From assembly GCA_903861305.1 (NCBI GenBank), contig CAIOTT010000041.1, forward strand, positions 1 through 62,771: a stretch of 62,771 nucleotides of DNA, read 5' to 3'. Both the position numbers and the translations under genes were made by a program. Every line of letters begins with the position of its first letter. The first letter of the stretch is position 1. The notes below the pieces were generated by a model. That model saw nothing but the letters and a program-made list of their open reading frames with translations. It searched no databases and was not told the DNA's origin. This DNA comes from Candidatus Omnitrophota bacterium (GTDB lineage Bacteria > Omnitrophota > Gorgyraeia > Zapsychrales > Fredricksoniimonadaceae). Positions 53,884 through 62,771 of this stretch are shown in pieces.

Positions 53884-54992
53884 CATTCTTGATATTTGCG
53901 TTCGTTCTCGGGCTTTTGATCATCGTGCATGAGGCAGGGCATTTTTTCATGGCGCGCAAGATCGGCGTGCGGGTCGAGGAATTTGCGTTCGGGTTCGGCC
54001 CGAAACTGCTGGGATGGAAGAAAGGCGATACGGATTATCGTTTATGCGCTATTCCCCTGGGCGGTTATGTCAAGATGCTTGGCGACGAGAAAGCACTTTG
54101 TAAAGGTGCCCGTGATGAATATTTTTCCCAGCCGCCCGGGCATCGAGCCCTCATCATCCTGATGGGCCCGGTGGTCAACTATCTGCTGGCGTATCTGTGT
54201 TTTGTTGTTGTTTTCTGGATCGGGGCCATTGACCTTGACGCGTCGGCCAAGGCGGTCCCCGCCAGGGTTGACAAGGTGATGGCTGGCGCGCCCGCCATGC
54301 AGGCCGGGGTGTTGTCCGGTGATGTTGTGACCGCGATCGACGGCAAGAAGGTCGCCAACTGGGCCGAGATGCAGGAGATTGTCATGGCCTCACGCGGGCG
54401 AACCATCAGGGTCGCGGTAACGCGTTCGGGGCAGGAAGTCCGGCTTGACATCACACCGCGGTTGGAGACCACGAAGGATATATTTGGGAAAGAGCATCAG
54501 GTATCCCGCATTGGCATCCAGCCCAGGCAGTTCGACAAGGGTGACAATCTGGTTGTCCGTCGTTACGGGTTCTTTCAGGCTTTTGTGAAGGGTGGGGAGG
54601 AGCTTGTCACCATCACGGTAAAGACCTACCAGTCGCTCTGGGAGATCGTCACCGGCCAGCGTTCGGCCAGGGAAGGGATGACGGGGCTGATCGGTATCTT
54701 TTTTATCGTGCAATTCGCGGCGGGAGTCGGGTTCTCGTTCCTCCTGCACATTGTCGGTGTGATCAGCGCGAGCCTGGCATTGTTCAATGTCCTGCCGCTC
54801 ATCCCTCTTGACGGCGGACATCTGGCCCTGCTCGGCCTCGAAAAGGTACGCGGCCGCGGCTTGAGCGCCAGGACCGAGGATGTTGTGACGAAGGCGGGAT
54901 TCGGGTTGATCATCGCGCTGGCGGTGTTTGTGTTCTATCTGGACTTTGAGCGTATCGGTCTGATCGACAAGGTCACCAGGTTCTTTAAATGA
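53880..54992 (+). CDS. rseP: Site-2 (M50) zinc metalloprotease RseP with one PDZ domain
   Basis: HEAGH zinc motif, a PDZ-like region (AGVLSGDVVTAIDG), and NVLPLIPLDGGH. Confidence 0.9.
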   Translation: MTFLIFAFVLGLLIIVHEAGHFFMARKIGVRVEEFAFGFGPKLLGWKKGDTDYRLCAIPLGGYVKMLGDEKALCKGARDEYFSQPPGHRALIILMGPVVNYLLAYLCFVVVFWIGAIDLDASAKAVPARVDKVMAGAPAMQAGVLSGDVVTAIDGKKVANWAEMQEIVMASRGRTIRVAVTRSGQEVRLDITPRLETTKDIFGKEHQVSRIGIQPRQFDKGDNLVVRRYGFFQAFVKGGEELVTITVKTYQSLWEIVTGQRSAREGMTGLIGIFFIVQFAAGVGFSFLLHIVGVISASLALFNVLPLIPLDGGHLALLGLEKVRGRGLSARTEDVVTKAGFGLIIALAVFVFYLDFERIGLIDKVTRFFK

Positions 54993-55005
54993 AGGAGCGT
55001 CTGCC

Positions 55006-56286
55006 ATGCAGCCTATGTCTGTGAATTATGAAGAGATGAAGGATCGCTTGCACCGGTATTTGATCGCGCGCACTGATTTTCTCAAGCTTAAGGATCAGAT
55101 GAACGAGGATCAGTTGCGGCAATTTGTTGACGGAGCTATCAACAATCTGGCCAAGGAGAGCCAGCTTGCGGTCTCTTTTGAGGACAGGGTGCGTCTGATC
55201 CGTGAATTGACGGCTGCGGCCGCGAGCCTGGGGCCGATCCGTCCTTTGATGGAGGACAAGGACGTTTCCGAGATCATGATCAACGGGCCGAAATATATTT
55301 ACATCCAGAAAAAGGGAAAGATCACACTGACGGACATCAAATTCGCCGACAATGCCCAGCTCATGCACACCATCCAGAAGATGCTGGCAGCATCGGGATC
55401 TCCCCGCCGGGTTGATGAATCATCACCCTACGTGGATTTTTCGATGCCCGATGGGTCTCGCGTCAACATCATCATCCCCCCCTGCGCTCTCACGGGGGCC
55501 GTCATGACGATCCGTAAATTCTCGCACGACATCACCACCATCGACCACCTTGTCGATAAAAAGACGCTCAACAAGCAAATGGCGGCTTTTCTCATCGCCG
55601 CGATCAAGGCCAAGCTCAATATCGTTTTCTGCGGCGCCACGGGCTCCGGAAAGACCACGATCCTCAACGTTCTGTCCATGCATATCCCGTCCGATGAGCG
55701 CATCATCACCATTGAGGATACCTCGGAGCTGCGCCTCATGCAGGAGCATGTCGTGAACCTGCAGTCCAAGGTGTCGAACATCGAGGGGAAGGGGCAGGTG
55801 ACGATCAGGGACCTTTTTGTCAATTCCCTGCGCATGCGGCCCGATCGTATCATCGTTGGTGAGGTTCGCGGCGAGGAGATCCTTGACATGATCCAGTCCA
55901 TTTCTTCAGGGCATTCCGGCACCCTGGCGATCGTCCACGCGGATTCTCCCGAAGAGTGCTTCAACCGCATGATCACGATGATGCTGATGTCCGGGATACG
56001 TTTGACCGGTGACCAGATCCGCAAGCAGGTCGCCACGTCGATCGACATGATCGTCTATTCCGAACTGTGCATCGACGGCGTGCGCCGCGTCATGAATATC
56101 ACGGACCTGCGTTATGACAAGGGCAGCGACCACATAGCCCTGGAGGATATCTTCACGTTCAAACAGGAAAAGGTCGAAGAAAATGGCCAGGTCATCGGGG
56201 ATTGGGTCATGAACCGGAAACTGCCTTCCTTCGTCGATAAATTCGTTAAACGCAATATCCGCTTCGGAGCGGAATTTTTGAATTAA
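55006..56286 (+). CDS. CpaF/TadA-like type II/IV secretion-system ATPase
   Basis: Walker A GATGSGKTT, IITIEDTSEL, Walker B/Asp box RPDRIIVGEVRG, His box SGHSGTLAIVHA. Confidence 0.85.
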   Translation: MQPMSVNYEEMKDRLHRYLIARTDFLKLKDQMNEDQLRQFVDGAINNLAKESQLAVSFEDRVRLIRELTAAAASLGPIRPLMEDKDVSEIMINGPKYIYIQKKGKITLTDIKFADNAQLMHTIQKMLAASGSPRRVDESSPYVDFSMPDGSRVNIIIPPCALTGAVMTIRKFSHDITTIDHLVDKKTLNKQMAAFLIAAIKAKLNIVFCGATGSGKTTILNVLSMHIPSDERIITIEDTSELRLMQEHVVNLQSKVSNIEGKGQVTIRDLFVNSLRMRPDRIIVGEVRGEEILDMIQSISSGHSGTLAIVHADSPEECFNRMITMMLMSGIRLTGDQIRKQVATSIDMIVYSELCIDGVRRVMNITDLRYDKGSDHIALEDIFTFKQEKVEENGQVIGDWVMNRKLPSFVDKFVKRNIRFGAEFLN

Positions 56287-56297
56287 AGGGGTCTCAC

Positions 56298-57482
56298 ATG
56301 AAATGGTCCGGTTATTTTGTTCCGACGTTAAAGGAAGTGCCTTCCGGCACCGAGGCGATCAGCCATCAACTTCTCTTACGGGCCGGCCTGGTGCACATGC
56401 TGACCTCGGGGGTTTATTCCTATCTGCCGTTGGGGCTGAGGGTGCTCATGAAGATCGAGGGTATCATTCGCGAGGAAATGAACGCGGCGGGTGCGCATGA
56501 GCTTTTGATGCCTGCCCAGCATCCTCTGGAAATATGGCAAAAGACGGGGCGCGACAAGACCCTCGAGGATGTCATGATCCGTTTTAAGAATAAGAAAGGT
56601 GCGGCCATGTGCCTTGGCCCCACGCACGAGGAGATCATCACCGACCTGGTCAAGAGTTTTGTCCAGTCCTACCGCCAGCTGCCGGTGACGCTCTATCAGG
56701 TCCAGACCAAGTTCCGTGACGAGACGCGGCCCCGCTTCGGGATCGTGCGCGCCTGCGAGTTCATCATGAAGGATGCCTACAGTTTTGACACGACTGAAGC
56801 CGGGCTGAAGAAAAGCTATGAGGCCATGTACGAGGCGTATAAAAAGATATTCGCCCGCTGCGGCCTGGAACCTGTCATTGCCCAGGCAGATCCCGGGGCT
56901 ATGGGGGGGCATATCTCCCACGAATTCCTTGTTCCGGCGCCTATTGGCGAAGACAAAGTAATGGATAAAGACGGGGTGGAGCGCCAGGCCATTGAGGTTG
57001 GGCACGTATTCCAGCTTGGCACTAAATATACCGAGGCGCTCTCGGCGCTCTATCTTGATGAGACCGGAAAACAGCGTCCGATCATCATGGGATGTTACGG
57101 GATCGGCGTCAGCCGTCTTATCGCTACCATCATCGAGGTCCATCACGATGACAAGGGGATCAAGTGGCCTTTGGGTGTGGCGCCTTTCGCCGTGGAAGTC
57201 CTCCCGGTCCAGTCCGGCGACCCTGAAGCCATGGCCGTGGCCGAGAGTATCTACGCCGGGTTGACAAAACAGGGAATTGATGTTCTAATGGACGATCGCG
57301 ATGAAAGTGCCGGCCGCAAATTCAACGACGCAGACCTCATCGGCATCCCTTACCGCGTGACCATCGGCAAACGCGGTCTCCAGGAAGGAAAGGTTGAGAT
57401 CAAGGATCGCGCCACGGGCGTGGTCGAAAGCGTCCCGAAGGATGGGGCCGTTGCCCGTCTTTTGGCTTTTTTGGGAAAATAG
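56298..57482 (+). CDS. proS: Prolyl-tRNA synthetase, bacterial-type core without the INS editing domain
   Basis: Class II motifs (FRDETRPRFGIVRACEFIMKDAYSF and GCYGIGVSRL) plus a C-terminal anticodon-binding domain. Only ~15 aa (PIGEDKVMDKDGVERQA) sit where the ~180-aa INS normally lies. 394 aa. Confidence 0.85.
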   Translation: MKWSGYFVPTLKEVPSGTEAISHQLLLRAGLVHMLTSGVYSYLPLGLRVLMKIEGIIREEMNAAGAHELLMPAQHPLEIWQKTGRDKTLEDVMIRFKNKKGAAMCLGPTHEEIITDLVKSFVQSYRQLPVTLYQVQTKFRDETRPRFGIVRACEFIMKDAYSFDTTEAGLKKSYEAMYEAYKKIFARCGLEPVIAQADPGAMGGHISHEFLVPAPIGEDKVMDKDGVERQAIEVGHVFQLGTKYTEALSALYLDETGKQRPIIMGCYGIGVSRLIATIIEVHHDDKGIKWPLGVAPFAVEVLPVQSGDPEAMAVAESIYAGLTKQGIDVLMDDRDESAGRKFNDADLIGIPYRVTIGKRGLQEGKVEIKDRATGVVESVPKDGAVARLLAFLGK

Positions 57483-57502
57483 TGTATCTTTGAGTATGTT
57501 TT

Positions 57503-57967
57503 ATGACACGATCTGAAACGCTCGCAGCTGACATACAAAAACTTGCCGACCCAATTTGTGCGGAGATAGGGATCGAGGTGGTGCAGATCAACATCAATCC
57601 GTACCATGAAGTTTTGCATATTCAGCTTTTTGCAGATAAACCCGCCGGTGGCATCGGGATGGAAGAATGCGCCGCGTTGAACCGTCGTCTTGCCGCGCAA
57701 CTGGACAGCGAGCTCAGTCTGGGAGATAATTATACGCTTGAAGTCGCGTCACCCGGGCTTGACCGCCCGCTTGTCGGTTATCGTGATCTCAAGAGGGTCC
57801 TTGGACGTGACATCCAGGTTTTTTTAAAAGAAGCTATCAACGGCCGCCGTGAGATCTCTGGTCTGTTGCAGGCCGTGCGTGAAACGGAGATCATTGTCCG
57901 GACGCGCAATGGCGAGATGCTTGTGCCGATGGACAAAGTGGAAAAAGCAAAGCAGGTCATTAACTAA
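57503..57967 (+). CDS. rimP: Ribosome maturation factor RimP
   Basis: 154 aa. LEVASPGLDRPL motif. Position upstream of nusA. Confidence 0.88.
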   Translation: MTRSETLAADIQKLADPICAEIGIEVVQININPYHEVLHIQLFADKPAGGIGMEECAALNRRLAAQLDSELSLGDNYTLEVASPGLDRPLVGYRDLKRVLGRDIQVFLKEAINGRREISGLLQAVRETEIIVRTRNGEMLVPMDKVEKAKQVIN

Positions 57968-57979
57968 AAGAGGGAGTTT

Positions 57980-59062
57980 ATGGAAAGTGAATTGATGACG
58001 ATCCTGGAGCAGATCGAACGCGATAAGGGCATTGCCAAGGAAGTGTTGATCGAGGCCGTGGAGGTCGCCGTGGCTTCTGCCGCGCGCAAGGTGTGGACTG
58101 TCGGCAAGGAAGAGGATGTCACCGCGAAGCTTGATCTCAAGACGGGCAAGATCCAGGCTTTTGCCAACGGGCAGGAGATCCGTTCCAACGAGTTTGGACG
58201 CATCGCGGCCCAGACGGCCAAACAGGTCGTGTTCCAGAAGATCCGCGAAGCTGAAAAGGATGTTGTTTATAACGAATACAGCACGCGGGTCGGGCAGATC
58301 ATTTCCGGCAGCGTGTATCGTTTTGACCGCGGCAGTGTCATCGTGGACCTGGGCAAGACGGAAGCCGTTATCCCGCGCAGTGAGTTGTGCGGCAAGGAAG
58401 AGTTCAAGCAGGGCGACCGCGTCCGTGCCTTCATCCTGGAAGTCCAGCGTGAATCGCGCGGTCCGCAGATCGTCCTGTCACGAGCCCATCCGAATTTTGT
58501 CAAGCGCCTGTTCGAGCTCGAAGTCCCGGAGATCTACGAAGGGATCATCGAGGTGAAAGCCATCGCGCGCGATCCGGGTGAACGCACCAAGATCTCGGTC
58601 TATTCCAAGGATGACAAGGTGGATTGCGTTGGCGCTTGCGTGGGGATGCGCGGGTCGAGGGTCAAGAACATTGTCAATGAACTGCACGGCGAGAAGATCG
58701 ACATTGTCCGCTACTCTTCGGACATCAAGGAATATATCCAGGCGGCCTTATCACCGGCCGAGATATCCCAGATGCAGCTGTTGAGCCTGGAGAAGAAGGC
58801 CAACATCATCGTGGCGGACGATCAGCTGTCCATTGCCATCGGGCGTTACGGCCAGAATGTGCGCCTGGCGGGCCGTCTTTTGGGATGGGAGCTTGATATT
58901 TTTTCCGCGAACCAGTGGGAAGAGCATCTGAAGCAGCCGCAGGCCGGCACGCTGGTCAAGGAAGTGGAAGTTATCGAAGAAGTCGTTGAAGAGATCGAAG
59001 CACCTGCGGGTGATGAGGAAAAGCCTGAGTCTTCCCCGTCGCAGGATGAAAAATCTGAATAA
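57980..59062 (+). CDS. nusA: Transcription termination/antitermination factor NusA (no AR1/AR2; acidic tail)
   Basis: N-terminal domain, S1 region (GQIISGSVYRFDRGSVIVDLG), two KH domains (GMRGSRVKNI, GQNVRLA). Confidence 0.93.
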   Translation: MESELMTILEQIERDKGIAKEVLIEAVEVAVASAARKVWTVGKEEDVTAKLDLKTGKIQAFANGQEIRSNEFGRIAAQTAKQVVFQKIREAEKDVVYNEYSTRVGQIISGSVYRFDRGSVIVDLGKTEAVIPRSELCGKEEFKQGDRVRAFILEVQRESRGPQIVLSRAHPNFVKRLFELEVPEIYEGIIEVKAIARDPGERTKISVYSKDDKVDCVGACVGMRGSRVKNIVNELHGEKIDIVRYSSDIKEYIQAALSPAEISQMQLLSLEKKANIIVADDQLSIAIGRYGQNVRLAGRLLGWELDIFSANQWEEHLKQPQAGTLVKEVEVIEEVVEEIEAPAGDEEKPESSPSQDEKSE

Positions 59063-59099
59063 GGCATTTAGGGTTTGAACCCCGGAAAGACGATCGTCT

Positions 59100-61598
59100 A
59101 TGTTAGTAAGGGAACTGGCCGCGAAATATAACATCAGTGAGGAATTGATCCTCACAACGCTCAAGGCGCTGAAATTGCGTGCCAAGGGGGATACCCAGGA
59201 ATTAAGCCCCGGGGTTTTGGCTGTCCTTAAAGGAGAGCTTGAGACCAAAGGGCTGATCCCCAAGGAACAGGAAACGCCCCCTGCCGCAAAACCGGCGGCC
59301 AAGCGCGCCCCGGCGAAAAAGAGTACGCCTTCTGATGGTAAGGCCGCCCTGACACCCAGGAAAAAGCCCTCGTCCAAGTCAAAGACTGATGCGCACCAGG
59401 ATGGGAAAGATAAAGAACCCGCACCTGCGCCTGTCACGGTCCGCATTGTCACAAAGCCTGAACCGAAACCTGTTGAGCCGCCGAAACCCGTGGTGAGAGC
59501 CCCTGATGCCAGGTCGGTGGAGGGTCCTCCGCAGCCCGTCCTGAATGAGCTGGCCCAGTTCGAGAATGTGACCACTGAGGAGAAGGTGACATCCACGGAT
59601 GCCGCTGGGAAAACGGTAACTACGGTCGTCAAGAAGATCGTCAAGAAGGTCGTTGTCACGGAACAGCCGGAGTTCATTTCCGTAAAGCCGCTGGCGAAAC
59701 GCCGTGAAGAAGAACAAGCGGCACTGCAGGCGGCGCGTAACGCTCATACCGCGGCCCAGCAAACGGCCCCGCAGGCGGCTCCCGCGGAGCAGGCCCCGGC
59801 TTCGTTGACCCCGGCCAAATATGAAGGCCCTTTGAGGGACATTGAGGTCAAGATCCCCGTCACTGTCGGAGACCTTGCCTTCCGCCTTCAGGAAAAAGCT
59901 AATTCTGTTTTGAAGATATTGATGGGGATGGGGATCTTTGCGAACATCAACCAGAACCTCGGCGAAGATATTGCCCGCAAGATCTGCGAGGCGCTGGGTT
60001 ACAACCTTATCCAGCTCAAGACCCAGGAAGAGCAGGCCATTGATCTGCACGAAAAAGAAAAAGATGACCCCTCGACCTTGAAGCCGCGCGCCCCTATTGT
60101 CACGTTCATGGGGCACGTGGATCACGGCAAGACGTCGCTGATGGATTGCATCCGCAAGACCAAGGTCGTTGATACGGAACACGGCGGGATCACCCAGCAT
60201 ATCCGGGCGTATTCTGTGCCGATGAGCAAAGGGAATATCACCTTCCTCGATACGCCCGGTCACGCGGCTTTTACGGCCATGCGGGCCAGGGGCGCTCACG
60301 TTACCGACCTTGTCGTCCTTGTTGTCGCGGCGAACGAGGGGCTCATGCCTCAAACCCTTGAAGCCATTGACCACGCGAAAGCGGCGAAGGTCCCGATCAT
60401 CGTCGCGCTTAACAAGATCGACCGTAAGGATGCGGACCAGGAGATGGTCAAGAAGCAGCTTATGGAGCATGACCTGATGCCCGAGGAATGGGGCGGCAAG
60501 ACCGTCGTCGCGCCTGTTTCCGCGTTGACAGCGCAGGGCATTGACGGGCTCCTGGAGATGATCCTGCTTGAGGCTGAAATACTGGAACTCAAGGCCAATC
60601 CCGACAAGAAGGCCGCGGGTATTGTGGTCGAAGCACACCTGAGCCCGGGACGCGGCGCGGTAGCGACATTGATCGTCCAGAACGGGTCGCTGAAAGAAGG
60701 CGATCTTGTGGTGGTCGGCCCTCATTACGGCAAGGTCAAGGCCATGTTCGATGACCATCAGCGTAATATCAAGGTAGCGGGACCGTCCATGCCCATAGAG
60801 ATCCTTGGTTTGTCCGCGGTCCCTGAAGCGGGCGAGAAGTTCTTTGTGGTGGAGAATGACAAGATGGCCCGTCAGATCACGGATGTCCGCATGGAAAAAT
60901 TCAGGGCTAATCGCCTCAAGGAAACGAACAAGATCACGCTTGAAGACCTTATGGCCCAGAAGAAAGAGGGCGAGGTCCAGGAGCTCAATCTTGTCCTTAA
61001 GGGGGATGTGCAAGGGTCGGTCGAGGCTTTGCGTGAAGCTCTGTCAAAAGTCCCGAGCACGAATAAAGAAGTTAACATCAAGTTCATTCACAGCGGCGTG
61101 GGAGATGTGAACGCGTCGGATGTCATCCTCGCGCACGTTTCCAAAGCGATCATCATCGCTTTCAGTGTCGGCACTAATGCCGACGCCAGTACGGAGCTCG
61201 ACAAAACGCCTGTTGATATCCGCCGGTACAATATCATTTATGACGCGGTCAATGATGTGAAAGCCGCGCTCGAAGGGATGCTCAAGCCAGATGCCAAGCG
61301 CCATTTCATCGCGCGGGCCGAGGTGCGGCAGGTGTTCAAGCTATCCAAAGCCGGCACGGTGGCGGGGTGTTTCATGCTCAAGGGCCGCATGCGCCAGAAG
61401 ATGGATGTCGATGTCCTGCGCAACGGTGAGGTCATTCATACGAGCAGGATCTCGGCGCTCAAACGCTTTAAGGATGACGTGAAGGAAGTGGGCGAGGGTT
61501 TTGAGTGCGGGATCTCGGTGGATAAGTTTGACACCTATCAGGTGGGCGATATCATCGAGGCGTTCCAGATCGAACACATTGCCAGGAAACTTGAATGA
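59100..61598 (+). CDS. infB: Translation initiation factor IF-2
   Basis: G-domain motifs GHVDHGKTS, DTPGH, NKID. Low-complexity K/P/A-rich N-terminal region. Confidence 0.95.
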   Translation: MLVRELAAKYNISEELILTTLKALKLRAKGDTQELSPGVLAVLKGELETKGLIPKEQETPPAAKPAAKRAPAKKSTPSDGKAALTPRKKPSSKSKTDAHQDGKDKEPAPAPVTVRIVTKPEPKPVEPPKPVVRAPDARSVEGPPQPVLNELAQFENVTTEEKVTSTDAAGKTVTTVVKKIVKKVVVTEQPEFISVKPLAKRREEEQAALQAARNAHTAAQQTAPQAAPAEQAPASLTPAKYEGPLRDIEVKIPVTVGDLAFRLQEKANSVLKILMGMGIFANINQNLGEDIARKICEALGYNLIQLKTQEEQAIDLHEKEKDDPSTLKPRAPIVTFMGHVDHGKTSLMDCIRKTKVVDTEHGGITQHIRAYSVPMSKGNITFLDTPGHAAFTAMRARGAHVTDLVVLVVAANEGLMPQTLEAIDHAKAAKVPIIVALNKIDRKDADQEMVKKQLMEHDLMPEEWGGKTVVAPVSALTAQGIDGLLEMILLEAEILELKANPDKKAAGIVVEAHLSPGRGAVATLIVQNGSLKEGDLVVVGPHYGKVKAMFDDHQRNIKVAGPSMPIEILGLSAVPEAGEKFFVVENDKMARQITDVRMEKFRANRLKETNKITLEDLMAQKKEGEVQELNLVLKGDVQGSVEALREALSKVPSTNKEVNIKFIHSGVGDVNASDVILAHVSKAIIIAFSVGTNADASTELDKTPVDIRRYNIIYDAVNDVKAALEGMLKPDAKRHFIARAEVRQVFKLSKAGTVAGCFMLKGRMRQKMDVDVLRNGEVIHTSRISALKRFKDDVKEVGEGFECGISVDKFDTYQVGDIIEAFQIEHIARKLE

Positions 61599-62572
61599 AA
61601 ACAGTGTTCAGCGGCATGCGCCCGACCGGCAAGCTCCATTTGGGACATCTCGTCGGTGCTTTGCACAACTGGGTCGGCTTCCAGGCAACACATCAGTGTT
61701 TCTATTCGATCGTTGACTGGCACGCCCTCATGGGTGAATATGCCCAGAGCGGCGCGATCGTGCCGAATATTTTTGACATGGCGGCTGACTGGATCGCTTG
61801 CGGCATTGACCCGGAAAGATCCGTTATTTTTATCCAGTCCGATGTCCCGGAGCATCTGGAGCTCCAGATGGTCCTGGCGTGTATCACGCCGCTGGGATGG
61901 CTGGAACGCAATCCCACGTATAAAGAACAGTTGAGGGAGATCACCTCACGTGACCTTCAGACATACGCTTTTCTTGGCTATCCGGTCCTGCAGGCGGCGG
62001 ATATTCTGCTTTACAAGGCCAACGCGGTGCCTATCGGGGAGGATCAGTTGCCCCATCTGGAGTTGACCCGCGAAATATCCCGCAGGTTCAATTTTTTGTA
62101 CAAGAAAGAAGTCTTTTCCGATTGCGAGGCCATCCTGACCCCGACGCCGCGCCTGCTGGGGCTTGACGGCCGTAAAATGTCAAAAAGTTATGGCAACACG
62201 ATCAACCTTGCCGACAGCCCGGAAGAGATCCAGGCCAAGGTCAAGGGCATGGTGACGGACCCCAAACGCCTGCGTTTGAAGGATGTCGGGCATCCGGATG
62301 AGTGCAATGTTTTTTCTTATTACCGCACGTTCCTTGCGGCGCGTGAAATATCCGTGCGCGCATGGTGTGAGGGCGCGGGTAAAGGCTGCACCGATTGTAA
62401 AAAAGAACTGGCTGACGGGATCATTGAAACTTTAAGGCCTATCCGTGAAAAGCGCGTTAAGCTTCTTGCCGAGCGCGGTTACCTTGAAGATGTCCTTAAG
62501 AAGGGTGCCGAGCGCGCCCGTGTCAAAGCAATGGCTACGATCAGGGAAGTCCGTGAAGCTGTATTCAGATGA
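61595..62572 (+). CDS. trpS: Tryptophanyl-tRNA synthetase
   Basis: HIGH-type motif GKLHLGH and the KMSKS motif. 325 aa. ATGA overlap with infB. Confidence 0.93.
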   Translation: MKTVFSGMRPTGKLHLGHLVGALHNWVGFQATHQCFYSIVDWHALMGEYAQSGAIVPNIFDMAADWIACGIDPERSVIFIQSDVPEHLELQMVLACITPLGWLERNPTYKEQLREITSRDLQTYAFLGYPVLQAADILLYKANAVPIGEDQLPHLELTREISRRFNFLYKKEVFSDCEAILTPTPRLLGLDGRKMSKSYGNTINLADSPEEIQAKVKGMVTDPKRLRLKDVGHPDECNVFSYYRTFLAAREISVRAWCEGAGKGCTDCKKELADGIIETLRPIREKRVKLLAERGYLEDVLKKGAERARVKAMATIREVREAVFR

Positions 62573-62586
62573 CCGCGATTTGACCT

Positions 62587-62771
62587 ATGGCCTACAAGAT
62601 CCAGCTTGATAAATTTGAGGGCCCTCTCGATCTTCTCTTGTACCTTATCAAGAAGGAAGAGATCGATATCTGCGATATCCCCATCGCCAGGATCACCGAA
62701 CAATACATCCAGTACATAGATCTGATGAAGGTGCTTGACCTTGACGGCATCGGCGATTTTCTTGTCATGGC
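62587..62771 (+). CDS. scpA: Segregation and condensation protein A (partial, runs off the window)
   Basis: [34 protein letters not shown]... is the typical ScpA N-terminus. The frame is open to the window end. Confidence 0.8.
   Translation, partial: MAYKIQLDKFEGPLDLLLYLIKKEEIDICDIPIARITEQYIQYIDLMKVLDLDGIGDFLVM

Noticed and set aside
59379-61013. 544-aa minus-strand ORF opposite infB
   Set aside because: It is a shadow ORF antisense to a clear IF-2 G-domain. Its composition is R/L/D-rich with no recognisable domain. The 470-aa ORF at 28553-29965 and the 356-aa ORF at 49613-50683 were rejected for the same reason.
1-62771. CRISPR arrays, IS elements, prophage, toxin-antitoxin or known defence systems
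   Set aside because: I saw no direct-repeat arrays, transposase, integrase, nuclease or helicase signatures while reading the ORF set and intergenic regions. Intergenic space is minimal. Short dispersed repeats cannot be excluded without computation.

Overview
This is a 62.8-kb, very gene-dense window of about 55-57% GC (judged by eye). About 95% is coding, many stop/start codons overlap as ATGA, and nearly all genes sit on the + strand. It reads as core chromosome of a diderm, LPS-making bacterium. Several of its proteins are streamlined, which suggests an uncultivated lineage; Omnitrophota-like is only my guess and cannot be verified here.

Contents in order:
- Three tRNAs (Lys-UUU, Leu-UAG, Gly-GCC).
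- A permease-less PTS phosphorelay operon (ptsN, a yvcK-like gene, ptsH, ptsI, a sugar nucleotidyltransferase).
- metK-ahcY, pfkA, ilvC, leuA, aroE, a prepilin peptidase and a nitroreductase.
- The only minus-strand block: a translationally coupled radical-SAM / CDP-alcohol phosphatidyltransferase / GT-C membrane glycosyltransferase operon. It is transcribed divergently from an 811-aa secreted orphan protein.
- ogt, fba, aroK, dprA, topA, xerC.
- A ~17-kb lipid A/Kdo/inner-core/Lpt super-operon: waaA, lpxK, an LpxL-ELM1 fusion, a GT4-GT9 fusion, a GT4, three GT9 genes, an acyltransferase-3, a heptose kinase, kdsB/A/D/C, an LptC-LptA fusion and lptB.
- tig, clpP, a class-V aminotransferase, serA, purA, an OmpA lipoprotein, uppS-cdsA-dxr-rseP, a lone CpaF-like ATPase, proS, rimP-nusA-infB, trpS and the start of scpA.

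I recognised no rRNA, CRISPR array, IS element, prophage or classical defence genes.

The most unusual items are:
- the rSAM/CDP-AP/GT-C operon, my best candidate for an undescribed envelope-lipid system;
- an AT-rich, foreign-looking domain embedded in-frame in the 811-aa protein;
- the LpxL-ELM1, GT4-GT9 and LptC-LptA fusions;
- domain-deleted trigger factor and ProRS, and a CdsA with a mutated signature motif.

All functional calls rest on motif recognition by eye. No database search was run.
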